NCBI GenBank assembly: GCA_963830455.1 | Contig: CAWHMT010000004.1 | Coordinates: 114,644-178,643 of the forward strand | DNA from: an uncultured Gemmatimonadales bacterium | GTDB taxonomy: Bacteria; Gemmatimonadota; Gemmatimonadetes; Gemmatimonadales; GWC2-71-9 | Length of the DNA: 64,000 bases | Direction: 5' to 3' | Shown here: positions 27,181-36,496 of the stretch, one piece after another | How the letters are laid out: each line of letters opens with the position of its first letter | Position numbering within the stretch: position 1 is the first letter of the stretch | Position numbers and translations under genes: made by a program | Notes under the pieces: model-generated | The model's database searches: none | What the model was told of the DNA's origin: nothing | The model's input: the letters and a program-made list of their open reading frames with translations, nothing else

Positions 27181-27882
27181 CTACGAGCGCATGATCACCT
27201 GTTGCGCGAGGACCACACCGGCCGCGACGCTACCAACCGCTGCACCCACATGCAGAATCGTTGCCCACCGCGCGCCTCGCTCGGCGGCGAACCGCACGAG
27301 CAGCGCCAACGTCATGGAAACTCCGAGCATACCGATGATCGTACCCGCAGCGAACGCGGCGAAGTAGGCGAGCCGCGAGCTCGCGTCGGGCGCCGCCGCG
27401 ACGAGCAGCGCGGCGATCGCGCCGCTGCCCGCCAGCCCGTGCGCCACGCCGAAGCCGAGTGACCGGCGCGCGTCGACAGTGGCGTGCGCGTGGCCATGTG
27501 TGGAATCACTGGCATGACTGTGGAGATGGAAATGCGGAGGCGCGCCCGTATGCCCGTGCGCGTGGATGTGCCAGCGGCCGCGCACGTAGCGCCAGATGAC
27601 CAGCACGCCGAGCAGGATCAATAGCGTGGCCACCAGCAACTCCGCCGCAGGCCAGAGAGCGGCCGGCAGCTCGAGCCCCAGCGCGATCACGAGCAATGCC
27701 ACCGCGCCGATCGTCACGGTGTGCCCGAGGCCCCAGATGAGCCCGAGTCGGCCGGCGGACCAAAAGCGCACCCCCGGCCGGGAGGCGAGCGTCGATACTG
27801 CCGCGAGGTGATCCGGCTCGAAGGCGTGCCGGACGCCCAGGAGCAGGCTGATCCCTATGATTGGCAGCAAGTTGGGGCTCAT
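27181..27882 (-). CDS. NicO/RcnA-like nickel/cobalt transporter
   Basis: GVRHAFEPDHLAAV (HX4DH signature), GLGHTVT, His-rich loop HIHAHGHTGAPPHFHLHSHASDSTHGHAHA. Confidence 0.75.
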   Translation of the reverse strand: MSPNLLPIIGISLLLGVRHAFEPDHLAAVSTLASRPGVRFWSAGRLGLIWGLGHTVTIGAVALLVIALGLELPAALWPAAELLVATLLILLGVLVIWRYVRGRWHIHAHGHTGAPPHFHLHSHASDSTHGHAHATVDARRSLGFGVAHGLAGSGAIAALLVAAAPDASSRLAYFAAFAAGTIIGMLGVSMTLALLVRFAAERGARWATILHVGAAVGSVAAGVVLAQQVIMRS

Positions 27883-27963
27883 GAAGGAAGGGAATCTACC
27901 CTATTCTTTATGAAGGGAGCATGAATACAACCCTTTGCGCCGCCTGACTATCCAACACCGTGC

Positions 27964-28515
27964 ATGCCCCGACAGGTGCTCGAGGACACTCTGACTGCTG
28001 ACTCCATAGCGGCCGACACGGCTCTCGCGGCAAGCGGAGATGCCAGTGCGTTTGAGCGCCTGTACCGGACCCATGTTGCCAGGGTCCATACGCTGGTGCG
28101 CCGCATGCTCGACGCCGATGAAGCGGACGACGTGACGCAGGACGTCTTCATCCGCGCCTGGCAGAAGCTGTCGACGTTCCGCGGCGAGTCGGCGTTCGGG
28201 ACCTGGCTGCACCGGCTGGCGGTGAACGTGGTGCTGGCCCGACGCAAGACCGTCGGGATCGAGCGAGGCCGATTCATCGCAGATGACGGGCCGCTTGACC
28301 GGGCAACGGGCAAACGGGAAACGCTGGAGCTGTCACTCGATTTTGAAGAAGCCCTGGCGCAGTTACCAGAAGGTGCACGGCAGGTGTTCGTGTTGCACGA
28401 CGTGGAGGGGTATCGCCACGAAGAAATCGCGCGCATGCTCGGCGTCGTGCCGGGCACATCAAAATCGCAGCTGCATCATGCGCGGATGGCGCTGCGGAGG
28501 CACTTGGAACGATGA
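27964..28515 (+). CDS. ECF (sigma-70 family, group 4) RNA polymerase sigma factor
   Basis: Region 2 DDVTQDVFIRAWQKLSTFRGESAFGTWLHRLAVN. Region 4 LPEGARQVFVLHDVEGYRHEEIARMLGVVPGTSKSQLHHAR. Confidence 0.9.
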   Translation: MPRQVLEDTLTADSIAADTALAASGDASAFERLYRTHVARVHTLVRRMLDADEADDVTQDVFIRAWQKLSTFRGESAFGTWLHRLAVNVVLARRKTVGIERGRFIADDGPLDRATGKRETLELSLDFEEALAQLPEGARQVFVLHDVEGYRHEEIARMLGVVPGTSKSQLHHARMALRRHLER

Positions 28516-29183
28516 ACGATCTCTGGACCAATCGGCTGTCGGAGTACATCGACGGCGAGCTCGACCACACGGAGCGCGCGGCGCTCGAAGCGCACCTCGC
28601 GACCTGTGGGCACTGCTACGCGACGCTCGCGGACCTGCGCCAGGTCGTGGCGCGCGCGAAGGCGCTCGAGGATCGCGAGCCGGCGAAGGATCTCTGGGCT
28701 GGAATCCGCGCGGGCCTGACCCCGGCGCGTGGCGCCGGGGCACGCCCCGCTGCGAAGCCAATCGCTCGGCGGTTCAGCTTCTCAGTACCGCAGCTGCTTG
28801 CCGCGAGCATTGCGCTGGTGCTGATGTCCACCGGCGGGATGTGGATGGCCCTGCGTCCCGAGTCCGGATCCACACCGATCGTGCGGCCGGAGCCCCCGAG
28901 GCCCGGCATGCGTGACCAGAACGTGGCCCGTTGGAAGGTCCAGTCCGACATGGCGATCGTGGAATTGCAGGACGCCCTCACACTGAACGAAGCCAAGCTC
29001 GACACAGCGACCGTGCGCATCGTCCGTGAGAACCTCGCCGTCATCGATCGCGCCATCTCGCAGGCGCAGCACGCGCTGCGGCAGGATCCAGGCAACACGT
29101 ACCTGAACCTTCACCTTGCCAACACGATGCGGCAAAAGATCGAGCTGCTGCGGCGCGCCAACGCGCTCGCCGGCGAAAGCTAG
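28512..29183 (+). CDS. Anti-sigma factor (zf-HC2, single-pass membrane)
   Basis: 4-nt overlap with the sigma gene. HLATCGHCYATLADL zinc-finger motif. TM segment LLAASIALVLMSTGGMWMAL. Confidence 0.8.
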   Translation: MNDLWTNRLSEYIDGELDHTERAALEAHLATCGHCYATLADLRQVVARAKALEDREPAKDLWAGIRAGLTPARGAGARPAAKPIARRFSFSVPQLLAASIALVLMSTGGMWMALRPESGSTPIVRPEPPRPGMRDQNVARWKVQSDMAIVELQDALTLNEAKLDTATVRIVRENLAVIDRAISQAQHALRQDPGNTYLNLHLANTMRQKIELLRRANALAGES

Positions 29184-29201
29184 AGAGAGGACACACGCGC
29201 A

Positions 29202-30320
29202 ATGCTGACCACACTCGCGACACTGGTAGCCGTCTCACTCACCCTGCAGCAGGGCGGCGGCGAAGGATCTGGGGCCGGCCGCGGGCAGGGGAACAGCGAC
29301 ACGACGGTTGCCGTGCAACAAGGTGCCCGGCTCGACGTCAATAACTTCGGCGGCGAGATCGTGGTGCGGACGTGGAATCAGAACAACGTCCGGGTGCGCG
29401 CCAGCCATTCCAGCCGCAGTCGCGTGGAGGTTTCGAGCTCCCCCAGCACCGTCATGGTGAAGAGCCAGGGCCGCCGCGGCCCGCCGTCGATCGTCGATCT
29501 GGACATCACCGTGCCCACGTGGATGGGGATGAGCCTCAGCGGCACGTACACCGATATCAGCGTGGAGAACGCCGGCGGAGCGGTGACGGCCGAGTCCGTG
29601 CAGGGCGATATCGAGGTCTCGGGGGGAACCGGCAACATCAACCTCAAGTCGGTCGAGGGCGGCGTGACACTCTCGAAGACCCGGGGCCGTATCGAGGTAA
29701 ACTCCGTTGAAGGCGACATCGTCATTACCGATGCGGTCGGTGACATCACGGTCGAAACCGTGGACGGCGACATCATCCTGTCCAAGGTCGATGCCGCCAA
29801 CGTCGAAGTGAACACCGTGGACGGCGACATCACGCAAGACGGCACCATCAAGAACGGCGGCAGCTACCGGTTCGCGACGCACGACGGCGACATCACCGTC
29901 GTGATCCCGCCGACCGCCTACGTCTCGGGATCGGTCTCGACGTTCGACGGCGAGTTCGACGCCAGCTTCGCGCTCGACACGGTGCGCGCCGGTCGCCATC
30001 GCCACACGTTCACGGTCGGCCGCGGCAGCAATCCCGCGCGGATGGAGCTCGAGACGTTCGACGGCGACATCAAACTGCGGCGTCCGGGCGAAGTGGAGAT
30101 CGACATGCCCGAGCACGACAAGAACGGGCACGGCGGTTGGGATCACGACAACGATTTCAATTTCGATTTCGACTTCGACTTCAACATCGACACCAAGAAC
30201 ATCGCGCACTACGCCAGTCAGTACGCCACGCAGTACGCGCGGGAGTATGCCCCCAAGTACGCGAAGAAGTACGCACGCATCTACAGTCGCGACTACAAAA
30301 ACGCCTGGAGGACCCACTGA
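29202..30320 (+). CDS. DUF4097-type beta-helical repeat protein with unusual (D/N-F)n and (xYAx)7 C-terminal tail
   Basis: Repeats VQGDIEV, VEGDIVI, VDGDIIL, VDGDITQ, HDGDITV, FDGDIKL. Tail DHDNDFNFDFDFDFNIDTKNIAHYASQYATQYAREYAPKYAKKYARIYSRDYKN. Confidence 0.7.
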   Translation: MLTTLATLVAVSLTLQQGGGEGSGAGRGQGNSDTTVAVQQGARLDVNNFGGEIVVRTWNQNNVRVRASHSSRSRVEVSSSPSTVMVKSQGRRGPPSIVDLDITVPTWMGMSLSGTYTDISVENAGGAVTAESVQGDIEVSGGTGNINLKSVEGGVTLSKTRGRIEVNSVEGDIVITDAVGDITVETVDGDIILSKVDAANVEVNTVDGDITQDGTIKNGGSYRFATHDGDITVVIPPTAYVSGSVSTFDGEFDASFALDTVRAGRHRHTFTVGRGSNPARMELETFDGDIKLRRPGEVEIDMPEHDKNGHGGWDHDNDFNFDFDFDFNIDTKNIAHYASQYATQYAREYAPKYAKKYARIYSRDYKNAWRTH

Positions 30321-31081
30321 TGCGCATCCTATCGATCGCGACGGCGCTGTGCCTCGCGGCGGCCACGACGGCGGCCGCTCAGGATTTCAACTGGCACGGC
30401 CGCATCGCGCAGGGCAAGCGGCTCGAAGTGAAGGGTGTGAACGGCGACGTCCGGGCGGTGCTCGCGAGCGGAGCGGAAGCGTCGGTGAACGCGACCAAGC
30501 ATTCGCGCCGCTCCGATCCCGATGAAGTCGAGATCAAGGTGGTCGAGTCCGAAGACGGTATCACGATCTGCGCCGTCTATCCTACGCCGCGCCACGCCCG
30601 TAGCGAGAACACCTGCGAGCCCGGCGACAGCTGGCATTCGAGCACCGAAGACAACGACGTCACGGTCGACTTCGAGGTGCGGGTGCCGGCAGGTGTCGAG
30701 TTCGACGGCCGCACCGTGAACGGCGAAATGTCGGCCGAGGGTCTCAAGGCAGACGTGCACGCCAGCACCGTGAACGGCAGCGTGCGGGTCAGCACCACGG
30801 AGCTCGCGGAAGCCTCCACCGTAAATGGATCGGTCTACGTGGAAATGGGCCGGGCCAATTGGGCCAACGACCTCGAGTTCAGCACCGTGAACGGCGGCAT
30901 TACCCTGATCATGCCGGGCAAGCTCGACACCGAAGTACGGGCCAACACCGTGAACGGCGAAATCGAGTCTGACTATCCGCTCACGATTTCGGGCAAGTTC
31001 GGCCCCCGGCGCGTGCGCGGCACGATCGGTGCCGGCGGCCGGTCGCTGAACCTGAGCACGGTGAATGGCGAGATCGGTTGA
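30320..31081 (+). CDS. DUF4097-type beta-helical repeat protein, secreted
   Basis: Start ATG 30320 shares one nt with the upstream TGA (TGATG). Signal MRILSIATALCLAAATTAAAQ. Repeats VNGDVRA, VNGEMSA, VNGSVRV, VNGSVYV, VNGGITL, VNGEIES, VNGEIG. Confidence 0.7.
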   Translation: MRILSIATALCLAAATTAAAQDFNWHGRIAQGKRLEVKGVNGDVRAVLASGAEASVNATKHSRRSDPDEVEIKVVESEDGITICAVYPTPRHARSENTCEPGDSWHSSTEDNDVTVDFEVRVPAGVEFDGRTVNGEMSAEGLKADVHASTVNGSVRVSTTELAEASTVNGSVYVEMGRANWANDLEFSTVNGGITLIMPGKLDTEVRANTVNGEIESDYPLTISGKFGPRRVRGTIGAGGRSLNLSTVNGEIG

Positions 31082-31120
31082 AGAAAGGGCACGTAATCGA
31101 TTCAGCCGCGTTTTTCGGTA

Positions 31121-31149
31121 CCCTAGTCCCTAACCCCAGTCCCCCAAGC
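31121..31149. repeat. C-rich (i-motif / G-quadruplex on opposite strand) element, copy A
   Basis: CCCTAGTCCCTAACCCCAGTCCCCCAAGC: C3, C3, C4, C5 tracts with 3-4 nt loops. The complement reads GGGGGACTGGGGTTAGGGACTAGGG. Confidence 0.5.
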
Positions 31150-31153
31150 TTTA

Positions 31154-31179
31154 CCCCCTCGCGTTCCGAGGGGGTTTTT
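31154..31179 (+). terminator. Rho-independent terminator of the ECF/DUF4097 operon
   Basis: Perfect 8-bp G/C stem CCCCCTCG / CGAGGGGG, 5-nt loop CGTTC, followed by TTTTT. Confidence 0.7.
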
Positions 31180-34100
31180 GTTGCTGCGCGACATCCTCAC
31201 CCGAACCACGACGCTCGAGAATCTGCGTGAGCTGTTCAGCGCACTCGCGTACGAGGTCTTGTTCGACGCCGTCCCGCCGGGTGCATGGCTGGGAGAGGGT
31301 GTTGTCGACGCGGCCGGGGTCACGCGGGCGGCCCTCGTCGCGCGCCACGGCGCATTCCGCGTGTTCGCCCTCGAAGCCACGGACCCCGAAGCAGCCGCCC
31401 GGGCGTCGGCCCGTCGCCTGTCCGCCGGGGCGGAGCGCGGTCTGACGTGCGCGCTGGGGGGCCAACCCCTGCGGCTGGTGCTTGCGGCGGGCCCCATGGT
31501 CGTGCGCCTGGCGACGATTCCGCTCCAGCACCCGCCTGGCTCCGCGCTCGCGATTCTGGAGCGGCTCGCGCCTGCGAAGAGTGAATCCGCCCTTGCCCTG
31601 TCCCTGAGGATCGGCGAGGTCCTCGCCAGCGAAGGCGTCACACCGCGCTTCTTTCGCGCATTCCGTGGGACGTTGGAGCGATTGACCGACCGGCTGCCGG
31701 CGCCACGCTCGCGCGTCGACCGGCACGCGCTCGCGCTGACCGCGCTGACGCGCGTGCTCTTCCTCTATTTCATTCAGTCCAAGGGCTGGCTCGACGGCGA
31801 CACCCGCTACGTCGTGCGGCTCCTCGAGCGCGCACTCTCCGCGCGCCGCCACTTTCACCGCTCCTACCTCCACGCCCTCTGCTTTGGCGCACTGAATCGG
31901 CCGCTCGCACGCAGGAACACGGCTGCCCGCGCACTGGGGCGCATGCCGTTCCTGAACGGGGGCTTGTTCGAGCCGTCCCCCCTGGAACGCCGCCACGGCC
32001 CCGCCATTTGGAGCAACGCCGATTGGCGTCTCGCGTTCGACGATCTGTTCGAGCGCTTTCATTTCTCCGTGCGCGAGCAGGACACGGGCGAGTTCGTCGC
32101 ACCGGACATGCTGGGCCGGGTTTTTGAGGGCGTGATGGATCCGGACGAGCGACGCACCAGCGGCAGTTATTACACACCGGCGTCACTCGTGCGTGAGATC
32201 GTACGCGCCGGACTCGAGGCGGCGCTCACCCATCGACTCGGGCTGTCGCCGAGTGCGGCCGCGAAATGGGTGCACGCCGGAGAGTCGCCGCATCCGGCGC
32301 CAGATCTGCGCGGTCTCACCGTGCTCGATCCAGCCGCCGGGTCCGGAGCGTTTCTCCTCGGCGTGCTCGACGAGTTGGTGGCGCTGCGCACGGCCGCCGG
32401 CGAAGGGCCGCCGCTCGCCATCAAGCGCGATGTGCTGGCGCACTCGCTGTTCGGAGTCGATCTGACTCCGACGGCCGTGCGGCTCACGGAATTACGGCTC
32501 TGGCTCGCCCTCGTCGCCGACGAAGACGCAGCTGATGTCCGCAGCGTCGCGCCACTCCCCAATCTCGACGGGCACATCCACCAGGGCGACGCGCTGCTCG
32601 ATCCCCTGATGCTCGCGGCCTCGCTCGGCGGCAAAGCGCTCAGAGGTGGACTCAACGAAGCGCGGCGGCTCGAGGCTGCACGACGCTCGTTCTTTCAGCT
32701 GGCCGGCCCCGAGAAGCGCGCGGCGCAGCAGGATCTCACGCGCGCGGAAGCCATGCTCGCGCGCACGCTGCTGGAGGACGGACGGGAGACATTGGAAGCG
32801 GCCGTCAGGGAGCTGCTGGCGCTGGGACGCGCACGCGACCTGTTCGGGCACCGTCACGGCCTCACCCTCGAGCAGCGCGCGCGCTTGACGCGTCTCCGGC
32901 AAGGCTTGCGTGACGTGCGCGCCGCGCAGCGCCGGCTGCGACGTGAAGCAGCGGCTCCATTCTTTTCCTTCGAGTCGCACTTCGCCGACGTCTTGGGGCG
33001 CGGCGGGTTCGATCTCGTCGTGGGCAATCCGCCCTGGGTCCGCGCCGAGCGCCTGCCCCCTCGGGTGCGCGAGACGCTGGCGGTTCGCTATTCCTGCTGG
33101 CGTCCGTCCGCGACTCGCGGCTTCGCGCATCTGCCGGACCTCGCTGTCGCCTTTACCGAGCGGGCATTGGAACTGGCTCGTCCGAGCGGCGTGATCTCAT
33201 TGCTCGTTCCGGCCAAGCTCTTGAGCAGTGGGTACGCGGAGCCGTTGCGCCAGCACTTGGCACACGGGGCGCGGATAGAGCGCGTGGCTCCGGTTCCTGA
33301 GTCCACCGCACAGGCTTTTGGCGCAGCGGTCTATCCGATGGCCCTGGTCGCTGCCAGGGCGGATCCAGCGGGACCCGAGATGCTCGCAATGGCGCTTGGC
33401 CCGAAGCCGGACGCTCCGGCTCTGCCGCAGCGAGAGCTCCAGAACGCAGGTCCCTGGATCCTGACTCCCGGCTCCCAACGCCTGCTGCAACGGCTGCGTG
33501 ACCGATTCCCGAGGGTCCGCGATCGCTGGGCACCGCAGCTTGGCGTGAAAACCGGGGCCGACGATCTGTTCCTCGTCGATCACGAACAGCCCGGCGCCCG
33601 GCCCGCCGTTCGCGGACGCGATGTTGGAGCCTGGCGCTGCCGCCCGCGTCGCTATGTGCTGTGGACGCACGGGCTCGATGGATCGCCACTCGCCCGGCTT
33701 CCCATCGAGGCCGCACGGCACCTCGCCACCCATGAAGAACGACTTCGTCTGCGCGCCGACTACAAGGGCGGTCCGCCCTGGCAACTGTTTCGCACCGCAC
33801 TCGGCTACGCGGTCAATCGCGTCGTGTGGCCGGACCTGGGACGCCGCCTGGGGGCGGTGGTCCCGCCGCCGGAAGTCGTGCCGCTCAACACCGTGTACGG
33901 CATCGCGACCCGCACGGCTGCCGATGCGGCGGCGTTGGCGGCGCTGTTCAACTGCCGCTGGCTGTCCGCGCTCGCCCGGCTCGTCGCCGATCCCGCCCGC
34001 GGTGGATTCCGCCGCTTCAACGCCCGCGTGGTAGGCGGTCTCCCACTCCCGCCGCAGGACTCTCCGGTCTGGTCCGAGCTCGCGCGCCATGGAGCGCGCT

Positions 34101-34183
34101 GCGAGCCGGCCGACGATCTCATTGCCGATGTCTTGGAGCTCGATGGCGCCGACCGCCGCGCGCTGGCCGCGGATTCTTTCTGA
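31178..34183 (+). CDS. Eco57I/PglX-like (type IIG/BREX-like) N6-adenine DNA methyltransferase with TaqI_C-like specificity domain
   Basis: 1001 aa. [22 protein letters not shown], motif [18 protein letters not shown], motif [16 protein letters not shown], long C-terminal target-recognition-like region. I recognise no PD-(D/E)xK nuclease motif. TTG start lies in the T-tail of the upstream terminator. Confidence 0.85.
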   Translation: MLLRDILTRTTTLENLRELFSALAYEVLFDAVPPGAWLGEGVVDAAGVTRAALVARHGAFRVFALEATDPEAAARASARRLSAGAERGLTCALGGQPLRLVLAAGPMVVRLATIPLQHPPGSALAILERLAPAKSESALALSLRIGEVLASEGVTPRFFRAFRGTLERLTDRLPAPRSRVDRHALALTALTRVLFLYFIQSKGWLDGDTRYVVRLLERALSARRHFHRSYLHALCFGALNRPLARRNTAARALGRMPFLNGGLFEPSPLERRHGPAIWSNADWRLAFDDLFERFHFSVREQDTGEFVAPDMLGRVFEGVMDPDERRTSGSYYTPASLVREIVRAGLEAALTHRLGLSPSAAAKWVHAGESPHPAPDLRGLTVLDPAAGSGAFLLGVLDELVALRTAAGEGPPLAIKRDVLAHSLFGVDLTPTAVRLTELRLWLALVADEDAADVRSVAPLPNLDGHIHQGDALLDPLMLAASLGGKALRGGLNEARRLEAARRSFFQLAGPEKRAAQQDLTRAEAMLARTLLEDGRETLEAAVRELLALGRARDLFGHRHGLTLEQRARLTRLRQGLRDVRAAQRRLRREAAAPFFSFESHFADVLGRGGFDLVVGNPPWVRAERLPPRVRETLAVRYSCWRPSATRGFAHLPDLAVAFTERALELARPSGVISLLVPAKLLSSGYAEPLRQHLAHGARIERVAPVPESTAQAFGAAVYPMALVAARADPAGPEMLAMALGPKPDAPALPQRELQNAGPWILTPGSQRLLQRLRDRFPRVRDRWAPQLGVKTGADDLFLVDHEQPGARPAVRGRDVGAWRCRPRRYVLWTHGLDGSPLARLPIEAARHLATHEERLRLRADYKGGPPWQLFRTALGYAVNRVVWPDLGRRLGAVVPPPEVVPLNTVYGIATRTAADAAALAALFNCRWLSALARLVADPARGGFRRFNARVVGGLPLPPQDSPVWSELARHGARCEPADDLIADVLELDGADRRALAADSF

Positions 34184-34374
34184 GCAGCTGGTCCCGGTGC
34201 CGGAACCTCTCGCCGTCGCGCTCGCGCCGGCGGCGGAAGCGTCGCCGCGCGACCTCGCCAGCAGCGCAGCGCGGGCGCTGCTCGACGGCGGGGGCGGGGA
34301 CACCCCTCTCACGCCAACCTCGTGGCCGGCATGGCTCGCGCCGCACCAGATCCCCGCCGCGGAGCGGCTGACGC

Positions 34375-36441
34375 ATGATCATGGCGCGCCACGGCGGAGC
34401 GCTGCTCGCCGATGCCGTGGGACTCGGGAAGTCGTACGTCGCGCTCGCCGTGGCACTGGCTCGTGGAGAGCCGTTTACGCTCGTCGTTCCCGCGGTACTC
34501 GTTTCGCAGTGGCGAGAGTTGCTCGATCGCTTCGGTCAGCACGCGACCCCGATCATTACACACGAATCGTTGAGCATGACTTCGGGCCGCCATGCGCCGC
34601 CCTCCGCCGCCCTACGCCGCCTTGTTGTTGTCGACGAGGCCCACCGCTTTCGCAACCCGGAGACCAACCGCTACCGCGCCCTCGCGCGCCTGGTGGTCGG
34701 CAGCCAGGTTCTGCTCGTCACCGCTACGCCGATCCACAACCGCGTCAGCGATCTGCTGCACCTGCTCCGTCTCTTCCTGCGTGATCACGCGCTGGCGGCG
34801 CTGGGCGTTCCATCGCTGCGCACGGCGGCGCGGCGGGACACGGATGCTTCACTCGCGCATGAGGCGGTCGCGCGCGTGATCGTGGCGCGCTCGCGCGAGC
34901 AGGTGCAGAGCGGATATAACGGCGGCCCGGTGGCGATGGTGTTTCCGCGATCCACCACGGAAGCTGCGCGCGCCGGGCCGGTGTCCGATGCCGTGCTCGG
35001 AGACCTGACGGCGGGCGTGGCGGCATTGCGAACCGGAGGCAGTGCGGCGCCACTCCTGCGGCTGATGCTGTTGCGCCGGCTCTGCTCCAGTCTGCCGGCG
35101 TTTCGCGCGGCGTTGCTGCGACACGAGGCGTACCTCGATCTCGCCGGCCGGGCAGCGGGCGAAGGGCGGGCGCTCACGCCGCGCGAGTTCCAGCGCTGCT
35201 TCCCACGCGCCGCGGAATCCGACGTGCAGCTGGTGCTGTTCCCGCTCCTCCTCGACGCTCCGGCCGCCGGCCCGGAGCCGATCGACGTAGATCGCCGCAT
35301 CATCGCGCAGCTGCGGGATCTGCTGGCGTGCGCGCCCGCGGCTGATCCCAAAGCCGACGCGCTGGACCAATTGCTCACGACACGGCGCGGGAAGACGATC
35401 GTCTTTACCGACGCGCAACCGACGGCCCGGTACCTGTTGCAGCGACTGCGCCACCGCCGGGTCGCGGCAGTCTTCGGGCACGTGGGCCGGTTCGCCAGCG
35501 GGGCCGCGACGCGACGGGAGGTGCTCGGGGCGTTCGCCCCCCGGGCGCAACGGGCCTCGGCACCGTGTGCATCGCTGGAAACCGATATTCTGATCGCGAC
35601 CGATCTATTGAGCGAAGGACTCAATCTCCAGGACGCGGAGCGCGTGGTGCACTACGACCTTCCGTGGAGTCCAGCCCGGCTCGCGCAACGCGTGGGCCGC
35701 ATCGATCGACTCGGCTCGTCGCACACCGCGATCAGCACCATAACGTTCCTGCCCCCGCCGCTCCTCGCTCGAGCGCTCGCGATCGAGGAGCGGCTTGCGG
35801 CAAAGACTCATGCGCAAGCGCTGGCGGGAACGGACGGTCGACTGGATTGGTGCGATCAGCTGACGAGTCTCAACCCCGGGCGCGCCGCGACTGGTGCCTG
35901 TGCCGTCGTGCTGGATGAACCGCCGGCCACGGTGCTCATCGTGCGCATCGCCAACCTGGTCGACGCCATCGTCGTTGCAGGTGGTGTCGCTCGCACGAGT
36001 CCTGCGGCCGCGACCCGGCTGCTCGTCGCCGCGCGCGCGGCCCAACCCGCCCCGCTCGACAGCGGGCTCCTGCGATGCGCGATTGGTGCCGCGATGCCGT
36101 TGATCCGGTCGCGCCTCGCCGCGGTTCAGGAGGCGCGCTGGCGCGCCAGCGATCGCGACCGGCTCGCGCGACGTCTGATCCCGTGGGTGCTGTCGGCCGC
36201 CCGACGCGCCGCTCGTCGTGGAGACGGCCCCCAGCTCGGCGCACTCGACGAGCTCGTCTCGAGGCTGGCTGCGGGAATGACGGCGGGGGAGGAGCTGCTG
36301 CTCGACGATCTGCTGTCGCGGCGGGAACCGCTGCTCGTCAACGATCTCCTTTCATGGCATCAGCGTTTGCCTGCCGCTGCCATCTCCGAATCGGCTTCGG
36401 GCGTAGCGCTCGTCGCGGCGCTGCAGATTCGGTCGCGGTAG
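34375..36441 (+). CDS. SNF2-family helicase (N-terminal Q-motif region encoded upstream in another frame; frameshifted or truncated)
   Basis: Motif I LLADAVGLGKSYVA, motif II LVVVDEAHRFRN, motif III LLVTATPIHNR, motif VI HYDLPWSPARLAQRVGRIDRLGS. Frame-0 codons 34335-34373 encode WLAPHQIPAAERL, the expected LxPHQ motif. Confidence 0.8.
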   Translation: MIMARHGGALLADAVGLGKSYVALAVALARGEPFTLVVPAVLVSQWRELLDRFGQHATPIITHESLSMTSGRHAPPSAALRRLVVVDEAHRFRNPETNRYRALARLVVGSQVLLVTATPIHNRVSDLLHLLRLFLRDHALAALGVPSLRTAARRDTDASLAHEAVARVIVARSREQVQSGYNGGPVAMVFPRSTTEAARAGPVSDAVLGDLTAGVAALRTGGSAAPLLRLMLLRRLCSSLPAFRAALLRHEAYLDLAGRAAGEGRALTPREFQRCFPRAAESDVQLVLFPLLLDAPAAGPEPIDVDRRIIAQLRDLLACAPAADPKADALDQLLTTRRGKTIVFTDAQPTARYLLQRLRHRRVAAVFGHVGRFASGAATRREVLGAFAPRAQRASAPCASLETDILIATDLLSEGLNLQDAERVVHYDLPWSPARLAQRVGRIDRLGSSHTAISTITFLPPPLLARALAIEERLAAKTHAQALAGTDGRLDWCDQLTSLNPGRAATGACAVVLDEPPATVLIVRIANLVDAIVVAGGVARTSPAAATRLLVAARAAQPAPLDSGLLRCAIGAAMPLIRSRLAAVQEARWRASDRDRLARRLIPWVLSAARRAARRGDGPQLGALDELVSRLAAGMTAGEELLLDDLLSRREPLLVNDLLSWHQRLPAAAISESASGVALVAALQIRSR

Positions 36442-36496
36442 CAGACCGGTTTGGGTCGCACTGCAAGCGTGACGCCGGGGCGCTAGCTTGTCAGTG

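Noticed and set aside
27883-27963. NiCo-type riboswitch or ECF autoregulatory promoter in the spacer between the NicO transporter and the ECF sigma gene.
   Set aside because: I could not recognise conserved riboswitch helices or a convincing GGAAC-N16-CGT-type ECF promoter by eye. A covariance-model search would be needed.
31178-36441. Assigning the methyltransferase/SNF2 pair to BREX, DISARM or a type I/III R-M system.
   Set aside because: There is no PglZ, BrxC/PglY, BrxA/B, DrmA/B/C, HsdS/HsdR or Res-type nuclease gene anywhere in the window. Only the generic similarity of the methyltransferase to PglX/Eco57I-type enzymes remains.
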